Under the pieces are notes generated by a model. It saw nothing but the letters and a program-made list of their open reading frames with translations, had not been told where the DNA came from and searched no databases. The translations under genes and the position numbers were made by a program. From Ignavibacteria bacterium (GTDB taxonomy: Bacteria > Bacteroidota > Ignavibacteria > Ignavibacteriales > Melioribacteraceae): a stretch of 47,853 nt of DNA. Within the stretch, counting starts at the first letter, position 1. The number at the start of each line of letters is the position of its first letter. The stretch spans positions 1-47,853 of the forward strand of contig DAIEQP010000175.1 in NCBI GenBank assembly GCA_027347805.1, written 5' to 3'. This document shows positions 1-10,760 of this stretch, one piece after another.

Positions 1-3000
1 CTTAAGAAAAAAAGAGAGAAGATCACCTTCTCCAAAACTAAAAATCCCGAAAAAACAAAAAGCAAAAAATCTTTAATTAAGACCGGACCCCCAAAAAAAT
101 CCAAACATTTAGATCAGAGCAAATACATTTTCAAAAACATCTGGAATATTTTCGAAATATCACAGATACCAACAATATGCCGATCTATAAGCGGAAAAAT
201 TCTTAAAATTAATTCCGCAGCTGAAAAATTGTTCGGATACAAAAAGAATGAATTACCAAACACAAAGACATGGCTTCAAAAACTTTATAAAAATCCTTCT
301 TACCGAAAACAAATTAAAAATACGATTTATGAATCATTTTCTACTGAAGAAAATCCGCAGCACATAGAAGTTTCTGTTACTACTAAATCCGGTGATAAAA
401 AATATTTATTGGCATTCTACAATAATCTAAAAGATAAAGAATTACCCACTGGACTGCAGATTGTTCAATTCCTGGATATAACGACTAGAAAAAAAGCAGA
501 AGATGAAAGCTTACAACAAAAGTATCTTATTGAACAATTGCTTAAAAATGTTCCAGACAAAATTTACTTTAAAGATTTGAACAGTCGATTTCTCGCAATA
601 AGTGATTCATTTTTTAATACTCTTAGCGCTGATTCCCAAAAAGATATTTTAGGAAAAACTGATTTTGATATTTATGATGATAAGCACGCCAATGATGCAT
701 TTAATGATGAGCAAAAAATCATAAAAACAGGAATTCCAATTATTGGCAAAGAAGAGAAAGAGATTTGGATTGACGGTTCTGAACATTGGGTTTCAACTAC
801 AAAAATGCCTTATAGAGATTCAAAAGGTATTATTGTTGGGACTTTCGGAATTTCACGTGATATAACCGAAATGCTTCGAGCACGTAATCTCTATAAAGAA
901 AGCGAAATACGATATCGTCAGTTAATAGATTCTTCTCCATTTGCAATTTTAGTTCATCAGAATGGGAAGGTTTTGTTTGCCAACAATGCATGCGCAAGGT
1001 TGGTTCACGCGCATTCTTTGGCAGAAGTTATTGGTAAAAACATCTATGATTTTATGCCAAAAGAATTTATTGCGTTTTCAAGAAAGCGGGTGGAAGCTAT
1101 ATCAAAAGGGGCAACCGAAGTTCCCTCTTTTGAATTAAAATATAATTGTCTAGACGGGGCAACAATTGATGTTGAAGTTTCAGCACTGCCAATTGTATTT
1201 GATAATCTCAACTCGATACTTGTTATTGCAAATGATATAACAGAAAAGAAACTGGCACAGAAACGACTAGTAGAAACTGAAAAGCGTTTTCAATTTATGT
1301 TTGATAATCATTCAGCATTAATGCTGCTAATCGATCCCGAAACAGGTGAATTAATAAATGCAAATAAAGCAGCAATCAGTTTTTACGGATATACAAGAGA
1401 AGAACTTCTCAGCAAAAAAATCTTTGATGTAAATGTTCTGCCTGAATCCGAAATTAGAAAGAACCTCCGGGAATCCGTTGAACTCGGGAAAAACAATCTC
1501 ACATTAAATCATCGATTGGCAAATGGGGAAATCCGGACATTAGAAATTCATGTTTGTCCAATCACTTACGATAACAATATTTTTCTTTTTTCAATTCTTC
1601 ACGATATAACCCAAAGAAAGGAAACCGAAGAGCGTCTCATTCAAAACGATAAACTTCTTAAAGAAGCACAAAAAATCGCAAATGTCGGGCATTATATTCT
1701 TCACATGAATACTGGTGTTTGGGAATGTTCCGAACAGTTGGACTTCATATTCGGCAATGATAATAATCTTGAACGCACAATTGATTTTTGGACAAAAGTA
1801 GTGCATCCAGATGACTATGAAATGATGGCTGACTATTTCTTTAATCATGTAATAAAAGGAAAAAATACGTTTGACAAAGAATACAGGATTATAAGATATA
1901 ACGACAAAGAAACCAGATGGGTTCACGGATTAGGAAATTTAAGATTTGATGAAAATGGAAATGTAACTGCCATGTTCGGAACTATTCAGGATATCACAGA
2001 TTGGAAGAATGCCGAGCTGAATTTGCTAAGGACACAGTTTTCTGTTGATAAAGCAAAGGATATGATTTATTGGATTGAGCCAAATGGGAAAATTGCATAT
2101 GTAAACGAAGCAGCATGTAAATTCAGCGGTTATACAAAAGATGAACTACAATCGATGTATCTTTTTGATCTCGATAAAGATTTTCCAAGAGACCAATGGG
2201 AAAGTCATTGGAACAAAAGTAGAGCGAGCGGTTCAACTATTATTGAATCTTTTCATTACAGTAAAGACGGCACAAAAACACCTGTAGAAGTATCTATTGA
2301 TTTTATGGAATTCGGCGGCAAGGAATATCATTGTTCTTACGCCCGCGATATTACCGAAAGGAAAAAAATTCTTGAAGAACTTGCTGAAAGTGAGGAAAGA
2401 TATAAAGCAATATTAGGTTATTCACCTTACTCGCTTATAGTTCAACAGAACAATAAAATAATTTTTGTAAACAATGCCTGTATCGAATTATTTGCATGCG
2501 ATAATTCCGCAGATCTTCTTGATAAAAACATTATCGACCTAGTTCATGAAGACTACAGAATTGTTTTAAAAAATAAAATAGATGAATCAGCTGCATCACT
2601 CAAGCCTTCTTCTTCACTTGAAGTTAAAATTGTCTGTTTGGACAATAAAATAAGTGAGGCTGAAATTCTCACTGTACCATTTATTTTACACGGAATTAAT
2701 TCCACTCTTTTTATAATCAGGTTCATTGGAGATATAAAATCGAAGAATGAACAGTTAAGAAAACTTTCAAGGGCTGTTAACCAAAGCTCAGCTGGAATAT
2801 TAATTGCAAATAAGCTGGGAATAATTGAATATGTAAATCCAAAGTTTTCTGAAATAACCGGTTATTCTTCCGAAGAAGCTGTAGGACAAACAACCAGGTT
2901 ACTTAAATCCGGTACGCACACAAAAGAATTCTACAAAGATCTTTGGGTTACTGTTCTTAGCGGAAATGAATGGCGCGGGGAAATTTACAACAGAAAAAAA

Positions 3001-4278
3001 TCTGGCGAATTATACTGGGAATTTGATTCAATATCCGCAATCAAGGATGATATTGGCGAGATTACTCATTTCCTCGCTGTTAAGGAAGATGTGACTGAGC
3101 GTAAGAAAATTGAAACCGACATTCTTGAAGCAAAAGAAGAAGCAGAAGAAGCAAACAAAGTGAAATCTTCTTTGCTCGCAAATATGTCTCATGAATTCAG
3201 AACTCCTCTAAATGGTATACTCGGCTTTACTCAGCTTCTTAAAGATTTTGTCGTAGAAGATGAAGTTCTTTTAATGGTGGAAAAAATTGAAAAGTCCGGA
3301 AAACGGTTGATGAATACGCTTAATGCTGTATTATCACTCACCGAACTTGAGACAGAAGATTTTGTCGTTCAGGAAAATGATATTGATCTTACCTTATTCT
3401 GTAATACAATTAAATCGAATTTTGAACGATTTGCATATGATAAGGATCTCGAACTATCTCTTGAAGTTAAAACTCCTCATCTTCAATTAATATCGGACGA
3501 AAGTTTATTAACTAAGATAGTATCCAGCATTTGTGATAACGCTATTAAGTATACAAACAAAGGAAAAGTACTTATTCAAATTGATGATGTGCTTAAAAAA
3601 GATAATTCAGATTACGCTGTTATAAATGTTATAGATACCGGAATAGGAATTAGATCAGAAAACCACGAATTAATATTTAATGAGTTTCGACAGTTAAGTG
3701 AAGGTATAAGAAGAGATTTTGAAGGTCTTGGACTCGGTCTAACACTTGCAAATAGAATGGCAAGATTAATCGAAGCCGAGATTTCCGTTGATAGTGAATT
3801 TGGTAAAGGATCTAAATTTTCTGTTATCATTCCACTAAGAACAAAATCTTACTCTTCACCAAAACCTGCATCAGAATCAGATTCGATAACAATTGTAAAT
3901 GCCGACAGAAAAGAGAGTGAAATAAGGATTCTTCTTGTCGAAGATAACCCTCTCAATATTGAAGTAGTGCAAAGATTTTTATCTAAGACGGGACATGTTA
4001 AAGCTGTACGCGACGGAAAAGGTGCTTTGAAAATTGCTTCAGAAGAACACTTCGATCTTTTGCTCATCGATATTAATCTTGGTTCCGGAATAGATGGCAC
4101 AGAAGTATTGCGACAACTAAGATTACAAGAACAGTATAAAAACACCCCTGCAGTTGCTCTTACAGGATATGCATCAGACACAAATAAAAGAGAATTTTTA
4201 GCAAAAGGATTCACCGGATATTTAGCCAAACCATTTGAGAAGAAAGTTCTTATAAATCTCCTAAAAGAATTAGTCTAA
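1..4278 (+). CDS. Cytoplasmic multi-PAS hybrid sensor histidine kinase (about 8 PAS/PAC + HisKA + HATPase + receiver); 5' end lies outside the window
   Basis: Frame +1 is open from base 1 (LKKKREK...IFEISQIPTICRSISGKILKINSAAEKLFGY), so the TTG at 229 is not the true start. Repeated PAS motifs ending DITE(R/K)K; H-box NMSHEFRTPLNG; N-box DNAIKYT; G boxes DTGIGI and GLGLGL; receiver LLVEDN...DINL...KPF. Confidence 0.93.
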   Translation, partial: LKKKREKITFSKTKNPEKTKSKKSLIKTGPPKKSKHLDQSKYIFKNIWNIFEISQIPTICRSISGKILKINSAAEKLFGYKKNELPNTKTWLQKLYKNPSYRKQIKNTIYESFSTEENPQHIEVSVTTKSGDKKYLLAFYNNLKDKELPTGLQIVQFLDITTRKKAEDESLQQKYLIEQLLKNVPDKIYFKDLNSRFLAISDSFFNTLSADSQKDILGKTDFDIYDDKHANDAFNDEQKIIKTGIPIIGKEEKEIWIDGSEHWVSTTKMPYRDSKGIIVGTFGISRDITEMLRARNLYKESEIRYRQLIDSSPFAILVHQNGKVLFANNACARLVHAHSLAEVIGKNIYDFMPKEFIAFSRKRVEAISKGATEVPSFELKYNCLDGATIDVEVSALPIVFDNLNSILVIANDITEKKLAQKRLVETEKRFQFMFDNHSALMLLIDPETGELINANKAAISFYGYTREELLSKKIFDVNVLPESEIRKNLRESVELGKNNLTLNHRLANGEIRTLEIHVCPITYDNNIFLFSILHDITQRKETEERLIQNDKLLKEAQKIANVGHYILHMNTGVWECSEQLDFIFGNDNNLERTIDFWTKVVHPDDYEMMADYFFNHVIKGKNTFDKEYRIIRYNDKETRWVHGLGNLRFDENGNVTAMFGTIQDITDWKNAELNLLRTQFSVDKAKDMIYWIEPNGKIAYVNEAACKFSGYTKDELQSMYLFDLDKDFPRDQWESHWNKSRASGSTIIESFHYSKDGTKTPVEVSIDFMEFGGKEYHCSYARDITERKKILEELAESEERYKAILGYSPYSLIVQQNNKIIFVNNACIELFACDNSADLLDKNIIDLVHEDYRIVLKNKIDESAASLKPSSSLEVKIVCLDNKISEAEILTVPFILHGINSTLFIIRFIGDIKSKNEQLRKLSRAVNQSSAGILIANKLGIIEYVNPKFSEITGYSSEEAVGQTTRLLKSGTHTKEFYKDLWVTVLSGNEWRGEIYNRKKSGELYWEFDSISAIKDDIGEITHFLAVKEDVTERKKIETDILEAKEEAEEANKVKSSLLANMSHEFRTPLNGILGFTQLLKDFVVEDEVLLMVEKIEKSGKRLMNTLNAVLSLTELETEDFVVQENDIDLTLFCNTIKSNFERFAYDKDLELSLEVKTPHLQLISDESLLTKIVSSICDNAIKYTNKGKVLIQIDDVLKKDNSDYAVINVIDTGIGIRSENHELIFNEFRQLSEGIRRDFEGLGLGLTLANRMARLIEAEISVDSEFGKGSKFSVIIPLRTKSYSSPKPASESDSITIVNADRKESEIRILLVEDNPLNIEVVQRFLSKTGHVKAVRDGKGALKIASEEHFDLLLIDINLGSGIDGTEVLRQLRLQEQYKNTPAVALTGYASDTNKREFLAKGFTGYLAKPFEKKVLINLLKELV

Positions 4279-4410
4279 TTTTTAAAAAGTCACAAATAGA
4301 ATAAAATTTTTGCGGCTTTCCCCTTTTTTAATATTTCTTGCAGAACAAAAGTTAAGCAGATAAGTTTCTTTCATAAATAATTTTTAATTCACTTTTTATA
4401 AAAGGTTTTT

Positions 4411-5628
4411 ATGAGCTTAAGTCTTATAGCAAAAACGATCAAACCTTCACCTACTCTGTACTTAAATGAAAAAGCGGCTATACTCAGAGAGAAGGGAGAT
4501 CCGGTGATTCATCTTGGCGGCGGAGAACCAAAAAGCAGGGCGCCGATGGATGCAATTCTTTCAGCAGTAAATATGTTAAACAGCGGCGAGGTACGTTATG
4601 CACCTGCCGATGGAATACCCGATTTAAAAAAATCAATTATACGTTATACTGAAGAATATTATCACAGAAAAGTTAACCCGGAAAATATAATTGCAAGCAG
4701 CGGTGCAAAACAGGCAATCATGGTTGCATTGCAGGCAATCTTAAACCCGCAGGAAGAAGTTCTATTCCCCGCACCATATTGGGTTAGTTATCCCGATATG
4801 GCCAAAATGATTGGCGCAATTCCAGTTGCTGCGTTACCAGAGGATGGAACATTTTATCCTCGTTTAAAAGATCTTGAAATGCGTGTTGGTTCCTATACAA
4901 AAGCAATTATTATCAACAGCCCAAACAATCCCTCGGGGGCAATGTATTCGGAAGAATTTATTTCTGATGTTGTTGATTTTTGCGAACGCAAAAATATTTA
5001 CCTCATCATGGATGATATTTACCACCGTCTTGTATTTGATGGAAGAAAACCAATTAGTGCTTTTGATTATACAAAAAAATCTGTTGAGGAATCCAAAATT
5101 ATCTTAATCAATGGAGTTTCTAAGCAATACGCAATGACAGGTTTTCGTATCGGTTGGGCCGTGGGCAACAAAAAAGTAATTGAAGCCATGGCAAATATTC
5201 AGGGACATCAAACTTCGGGACCATCTGTTCTTTTACAGAAAGCAGCAGTCGGTGCATTAAATGGAATTCAATCCAGTGTTGAAAGTTTGCGTGTAACTTT
5301 GGAAAACAACCGCAATGTACTTGTAGATCAGCTTCGTTCATTTAGCGGTGTTAGAGTTTATGTGCCGGATGGAACATTTTATTTGCTTGCGGATTTTTCA
5401 GCTTATGAAAAAGATTCGCAAAAACTTTCCCAATTTCTTATTGAAAAAGTTCTTGTGTTAACAGTTCCAGGAAAAGAATTTGGAATTGATGGACATTTGA
5501 GAATTAGTTATTGCGGCACAATAAAAGACATTACAGAAGGTATCGAAAGAATGAAATGGGCTCTCGATCCAAATTCTCCTAATGAACTTTACATTGGCGA
5601 ACGAAAACTTGTGAGGGATTGGTTATGA
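4411..5628 (+). CDS. PLP-dependent class I/II aminotransferase (aspartate aminotransferase-like)
   Basis: Motifs GGGEP, GAKQA, PYWVSY, NSPNNPSG, DDIY and SKQYAMTGFRIG (PLP lysine). Confidence 0.93.
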   Translation: MSLSLIAKTIKPSPTLYLNEKAAILREKGDPVIHLGGGEPKSRAPMDAILSAVNMLNSGEVRYAPADGIPDLKKSIIRYTEEYYHRKVNPENIIASSGAKQAIMVALQAILNPQEEVLFPAPYWVSYPDMAKMIGAIPVAALPEDGTFYPRLKDLEMRVGSYTKAIIINSPNNPSGAMYSEEFISDVVDFCERKNIYLIMDDIYHRLVFDGRKPISAFDYTKKSVEESKIILINGVSKQYAMTGFRIGWAVGNKKVIEAMANIQGHQTSGPSVLLQKAAVGALNGIQSSVESLRVTLENNRNVLVDQLRSFSGVRVYVPDGTFYLLADFSAYEKDSQKLSQFLIEKVLVLTVPGKEFGIDGHLRISYCGTIKDITEGIERMKWALDPNSPNELYIGERKLVRDWL

Positions 5629-7283
5629 GTAAATATTTAGAATTCAATACCCCGACAAGCAAGCAGGCTTTAGAACTTGCTTCAGACTTCAGATTAAAGA
5701 ATCAGAACATAAATCATCTTGACAGGGTTTACTGGAATCTTCCTCATGAAGCTTTGTATGAAGAAATTATTTTCCGTAACGAAGGTAAACTATCAAAGCA
5801 TGGCGCATTAGTAGTAAATACCGGAAAGCATTCTGCCCGCGCAGCACAGGATAAATATATTGTGCTTGAAGAATCAACCAAGAAAGATATATGGTGGGGC
5901 ACCTATAACCGTCCGTATGCGCATGAAAAATGGTCACAGTTAATGGGAAGGTTTCAGGCCTGGGCACAGGGAGAAGAATTATTTGTTCAGGATTGTTATG
6001 CCGGCGCAGATCCGGAATATAAACTTCCAGTACGAATCATAACTGAAAAAGCATGGCACAGCATGTTTGCAAGGAACATGTTTATAACTACTCCTAATAA
6101 AGATGAACTTAAAAACTTTGTTCCGGAGTTTACAGTTATTTCTGTTCCCGGTTTTAAAGTTGATCCGATTGTTGATGGAACAAGAAGTGATACCGGTATT
6201 ATTCTTAACTTCGATCAGCGTACTGCAATTATTGCAAACACACTTTATGCCGGTGAAATTAAAAAATCTGTTTTCACTGTTTTAAATTTTCTCTTAACGT
6301 ACCGGGATGTTCTTCCTATGCACTGCTCTGCAAATGTTGGCGACGATGGTGATGTTGCATTATTTTTTGGATTGAGCGGAACTGGAAAGACAACTTTGTC
6401 TGCAGATCCAAAAAGAAAATTAATTGGTGATGATGAACATGGATGGAGTTCTGAAGGTGTTTTCAATTTTGAAGCAGGATGTTATGCAAAAGTAATTCGA
6501 TTATCTGCAGAACATGAACCGCAGATTTATGAAACCACTAAACGCTTCGGGACGATTTTAGAAAATGTTGTCTTTGATCCTGTTACAAGATCAATTGATT
6601 TGGATGATGATTCATTAACAGAAAACACTCGCGCTTCATATCCAATTAATTTTATCCCCAATGTTATTAAGGAAGGATATGTGCGTTCTCATCCTAGAAA
6701 TGTAATTTTTCTTACTTGCGATGCAACAGGCACAATGCCTCCAATTGCAAGATTAACAGCGGAACAAGCACAATATCATTTCATTAGCGGTTATACTTCT
6801 AAAATTGCAGGGACAGAAATTGGTTTGGGTATCGAACCGCAGATTACTTTTTCCGCATGTTTCGGCGGTCCTTTCATGGTGCGTCATCCATTTGAATATT
6901 CGGAAATGTTGAAACAAAGAATATTAAAGAATAATGCAAATGTCTGGCTTGTAAATACCGGCTGGGTTGGCGGAAGATTTGGTGTAGGCAAAAGAATTTC
7001 TATTCGTCATACACGTAATCTTTTAAATGCAGCACTCGAAGGAAAACTTGATAAGGTTGAATACAGAAAAGATAAATTGTTCGGCTATGAAGTGCCTTTG
7101 AGTTGCCCAGACGTTCCCGAAGATGTTTTATATCCTGAAAGCTCGTGGGGCAATAAAGAAGAATACTGGAAAAAGTATGATGCTCTTGCAGCTCGCTTCA
7201 ATGAAAATTTCAAATTGTTTGAAAAGGGTTCTTCGAATGAAGTTATTAATGCTGGACCCAAGCGCCATTCACAAATCAAATAA
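5625..7283 (+). CDS. pckA: Phosphoenolpyruvate carboxykinase (ATP)
   Basis: YAGEIKKS, PMHCSAN, FFGLSGTGKTTLSAD, LIGDDEHGW, FNFEAGCYAK, TENTRASYP. The ATG at 5625 overlaps the upstream TGA (ATGA). Confidence 0.96.
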   Translation: MSKYLEFNTPTSKQALELASDFRLKNQNINHLDRVYWNLPHEALYEEIIFRNEGKLSKHGALVVNTGKHSARAAQDKYIVLEESTKKDIWWGTYNRPYAHEKWSQLMGRFQAWAQGEELFVQDCYAGADPEYKLPVRIITEKAWHSMFARNMFITTPNKDELKNFVPEFTVISVPGFKVDPIVDGTRSDTGIILNFDQRTAIIANTLYAGEIKKSVFTVLNFLLTYRDVLPMHCSANVGDDGDVALFFGLSGTGKTTLSADPKRKLIGDDEHGWSSEGVFNFEAGCYAKVIRLSAEHEPQIYETTKRFGTILENVVFDPVTRSIDLDDDSLTENTRASYPINFIPNVIKEGYVRSHPRNVIFLTCDATGTMPPIARLTAEQAQYHFISGYTSKIAGTEIGLGIEPQITFSACFGGPFMVRHPFEYSEMLKQRILKNNANVWLVNTGWVGGRFGVGKRISIRHTRNLLNAALEGKLDKVEYRKDKLFGYEVPLSCPDVPEDVLYPESSWGNKEEYWKKYDALAARFNENFKLFEKGSSNEVINAGPKRHSQIK

Positions 7284-7290
7284 TTAGCGC

Positions 7291-7325
7291 CAGGGACGTT
7301 CAATGAATGTCCCTGTTTCTATTTT
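7291..7325 (+). terminator. Intrinsic terminator after pckA, between convergent genes
   Basis: Inverted repeat CAGGGACGTTCA / TGAATGTCCCTG (one G-U pair) followed by TTTCTATTTT. Confidence 0.75.
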
Positions 7326-8471
7326 CTATAATTTAAACTGCAATTTAAAAACAAATCCATCCTGGTTTTCAAAACTGTAAACACCATCAATCTGCTCGGA
7401 ACTATGCTTAATAAGCGTTATCCCCAGTGTTCTTGCATCGTCAGTGCTATAACTAGATGAAAGCCCTTTACCATTATCGTTGTAAAGTAATACTATTGTT
7501 CCATCTGTTTCTTTTTTAAGATTAATATTTATTTGCGGATTATCAACTTTTTCAAATGCATGCTTGAGGGAATTCGTTATAAGTTCATTTATAATTAATC
7601 CACAAGGCAAAGATATTTTTGCAGTTACCTGTAATTCATCACAGTCATGACTGAAATTTATTTTTCTAGAAGAAAGATTGCTAATAATATGCTTACACAG
7701 TTCAGTTAAATAATCTCCAAGATTTACTTTCTCAAGATTCATCGAATGATAAAGCCGATCGTGAATTACTGAAATTGCAGTTATCCTGGATTGAATATCT
7801 GCAAGCAATGAATCAACATTTAATTTTTCTTTTTCAAATAATGATTGAAGACGGAGTGTTGTTATCAGTAAATTAAAATGATTTTTTACCTGATGATGAA
7901 CCTCCCTTAGCTGCGTTTCCTTTCGTTCCACATCATATTTAACAAGGTTGTAATCAAGAATAGATTTAAGATCATTCTGAATAATTTCCCTCAACGATAA
8001 GAGCAAATCTTTATATAAATCAGTGTATTCCTGTTCCTTTGTATCAAGCATACAAAATGTTCCAAAGACTTCGCCGTCCGGCCAGACAATCGGAATACCA
8101 AGGTAAGAAATCATATTAAAGGGTAGGCTGGGATTATCGTTTTTCCAGTATTCCGATTTATATGCATTTTTAAGAACCAATTCTTTTCTCGATCCGATTA
8201 CATTTTCACAATACCACCCCATGCCAAGATCCAGTTTCAAATTTTTCTGAAAAATATTCCCATCAGTATTGCTTGCTAACAGAACTTCCAATTGCTTTTC
8301 ATGAACCCGGGTAATTAAACCCGCCGGAACGCCAATAATTCTTGCTGCGAGATCAACAATCTTCTGCCATTTCTCCTGTAGTTCGTTTTCAATCTGCGGT
8401 TTGTCATTTGATGTGATAGGAACAAGAATATTCTTAGAGGATAATTCGGTTTTAACTTCAGCCAGCTTCAC
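7326..8471 (-). CDS. GAF-domain HisKA_2-type sensor histidine kinase
   Basis: GAF signature (SYLGIPIVWPDGEVFGTFCMLD); H-box REVHHQVKNH; GLIINELITNSLKHAF; DNGKG; TLGITLI. Confidence 0.88.
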   Translation of the reverse strand: MKLAEVKTELSSKNILVPITSNDKPQIENELQEKWQKIVDLAARIIGVPAGLITRVHEKQLEVLLASNTDGNIFQKNLKLDLGMGWYCENVIGSRKELVLKNAYKSEYWKNDNPSLPFNMISYLGIPIVWPDGEVFGTFCMLDTKEQEYTDLYKDLLLSLREIIQNDLKSILDYNLVKYDVERKETQLREVHHQVKNHFNLLITTLRLQSLFEKEKLNVDSLLADIQSRITAISVIHDRLYHSMNLEKVNLGDYLTELCKHIISNLSSRKINFSHDCDELQVTAKISLPCGLIINELITNSLKHAFEKVDNPQININLKKETDGTIVLLYNDNGKGLSSSYSTDDARTLGITLIKHSSEQIDGVYSFENQDGFVFKLQFKL

Positions 8472-8630
8472 TGTTCACCTTTTTTATTGCCTGTAATTTA
8501 GCTTATTAGTATTAAATAAGTGTAAAATTGATTTGTAAAACAGACCAATAAATGGCGAAATTAATTCATTCAAAGTTTATATTTCCGAACAAAATTAAAG
8601 ATAAGTTAAAATTAGCAAGCGGAGAATTGA

Positions 8631-9824
8631 TTGAAACTTTCGGAACGAGTGAGTAAGATTATTCAGTCACCAACAATGAAAGTTGCCCAGCAGGCAATTG
8701 AAATGAAAGCGCGTGGTGAAGATATTATCGATTTAACAGTTGGAGAACCTGATTTTCCAACACCGCAGAACATTAAAGAAGCTGCAATAAAAGCGATCAA
8801 CAATAATTTTACAAAGTACACTGTAAACACCGGGGCTATTCAGCTTAGAGAAGCAATCGTAAAAAAATTATTCAAAGATCATGGACTCAGCTACTCCGCA
8901 AATCAAATAATTGTTTCTACAGGCGCAAAGCAAAGCGTTTTCAATGCAATTCAATCAATTGTTTTTGATGGAGACGAAGTAATTACATCTTCCCCATTTT
9001 ATGTCTCTTATCCTGAAATGGTTAAAATAGCAGGAGGAGTAAACATTATTCTTCCAACAACAGAAGAAACTGGATTCAAATTAACTCCGCAAAAACTTAA
9101 AGATGCGATTACACCAAAAACGAAATTATTCATACTTTGTAATCCAAGTAATCCAACAGGAACAGCATACACACAGAAAGAACTTGAAGAGTTTTCAGAA
9201 ATTTTTGAAGGTGGAAACTTCTATTTACTAACAGATGAGATTTATGAAAAACTGGTTTATGATAATTTCAAGTTTTTCTCGGTTGCCCAACTTAGCGAGA
9301 AAATAAAATCTAAAACAGTTATAGTTAATGGACATTCAAAATCTTATTCGATGACAGGCTGGCGTTTAGGTTATGCTGCCGCCCCCGAGGAATTGGTTAG
9401 TGCAATGAATAAATATCAGAGTCATAGCACTTCGGCAACAAGTTCAATTAGCCAGGCGGCGGGTATTGAAGCGCTGCTTGGCCAGCAAATAACTGTAGAA
9501 GAATCACGAATAGAGTTTGAGAAACGAAGAAATTTTTTCCATGCAGGACTGACTTCAATAGAAGGAATTTCATGTTATAAACCGCAGGGCGCATTTTATC
9601 TTTTTCCAAATGTGAGCAAACTGTTTGGCAAAACGGCTGGAGAAACCAAAATTAATAATTCAATTGATCTGGCAATGTTTTTACTAGCTGATGCAAAAGT
9701 AGCTACTGTGCCCGGCAGCGCGTTCGGCTCAGAAGGTTATTTACGAATGTCCTATTCTACATCATTACAGAATCTTGAAGAAGGAATAAAAAGAATTAAA
9801 GTTTCTATCACAAAATTAAAATAG
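8631..9824 (+). CDS. aspC: Aspartate aminotransferase (class I, PLP)
   Basis: GEPDFPTP, GAKQS, CNPSNPTG, DEIYE, SKSYSMTGWRLGY; TTG start preceded by GGAG. Confidence 0.9.
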   Translation: MKLSERVSKIIQSPTMKVAQQAIEMKARGEDIIDLTVGEPDFPTPQNIKEAAIKAINNNFTKYTVNTGAIQLREAIVKKLFKDHGLSYSANQIIVSTGAKQSVFNAIQSIVFDGDEVITSSPFYVSYPEMVKIAGGVNIILPTTEETGFKLTPQKLKDAITPKTKLFILCNPSNPTGTAYTQKELEEFSEIFEGGNFYLLTDEIYEKLVYDNFKFFSVAQLSEKIKSKTVIVNGHSKSYSMTGWRLGYAAAPEELVSAMNKYQSHSTSATSSISQAAGIEALLGQQITVEESRIEFEKRRNFFHAGLTSIEGISCYKPQGAFYLFPNVSKLFGKTAGETKINNSIDLAMFLLADAKVATVPGSAFGSEGYLRMSYSTSLQNLEEGIKRIKVSITKLK

Positions 9825-9830
9825 AACAGT

Positions 9831-10751
9831 ATGAAACGGATATTATTTCACTTGATAATTGTTTTTGCATGCAATTTATTTGCTCAGCAAAAAGTTATAA
9901 AAGTATGGCCGGATAAAATTCCTGGCGCAATCGAAAATTCATCCATTAAAGAAGATACTGTTCGACTTGAAAATGGACAGATAAGAATCAAATCTGTAAT
10001 TGATCCAACCTTAACTATTTATTTTCCTGAAAAGGAAAAAGTAAATGGAGCCGCTGTAATTATTTGCCCAGGGGGCGGATATGCAAGACTATCAATAGAT
10101 CACGAAGGGCTATTAATTGCTAAATGGTTTAATGAGTTAGGAATAACCGGAGTAGTTTTGAAATACAGATTGCCTAGTGATTTAATAATGAAGAATAAAA
10201 ACATTGGTCCACTTCAGGATGTTCAGGAAGCAATTAGGATTGTAAGAAGAAATGCTGCCAACTGGAATCTTGATATCACAAAAATTGGAATAATGGGATT
10301 TTCAGCCGGCGGTCATCTTGCATCAACTTCTTCTACTCACTTTGCCGAAAAAGTTTATGATTGTGATGAGACAAGTGCGCGCCCCGATTTCGCTATCCTA
10401 ATCTATCCTGTAATTTCCATGAATAAAGAAATAACCCACAGCGGATCGCGGACAAATTTACTTGGTGAAAATCCGGATACAAAACTTATCGATCATTTCT
10501 CAAATGAACTTCAGGTAACAAAAGATACGCCGCCAACCTTTCTTGTGCACGCCGCTGATGATAAAACTGTTCCTGTGTTAAACAGTATAAATTATTTTTT
10601 AGCACTTAAGAAAAATGAAGTGCCGTCAGAACTTCACATATTTCAAAATGGCGGGCATGGATTCGGTCTGGGTAAAACCGATAATACGGAATCACAATGG
10701 CCTAAAATGTGTGAGAAGTGGTTAATTCAACAAGGTGTAATTAAAAAATAG
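9831..10751 (+). CDS. Secreted alpha/beta hydrolase (acetyl esterase / BD-FAE-like)
   Basis: Signal peptide; oxyanion motif PGGGY; nucleophile GFSAGG; DDKTVP and GGHGFG supply the Asp/His of the triad. Confidence 0.88.
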   Translation: MKRILFHLIIVFACNLFAQQKVIKVWPDKIPGAIENSSIKEDTVRLENGQIRIKSVIDPTLTIYFPEKEKVNGAAVIICPGGGYARLSIDHEGLLIAKWFNELGITGVVLKYRLPSDLIMKNKNIGPLQDVQEAIRIVRRNAANWNLDITKIGIMGFSAGGHLASTSSTHFAEKVYDCDETSARPDFAILIYPVISMNKEITHSGSRTNLLGENPDTKLIDHFSNELQVTKDTPPTFLVHAADDKTVPVLNSINYFLALKKNEVPSELHIFQNGGHGFGLGKTDNTESQWPKMCEKWLIQQGVIKK

Positions 10752-10760
10752 AACTTAGTT

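Noticed and set aside
229-231. TTG start given by the ORF track for the hybrid kinase
   Set aside because: The frame is open to base 1 and the TTG falls inside a PAS domain.
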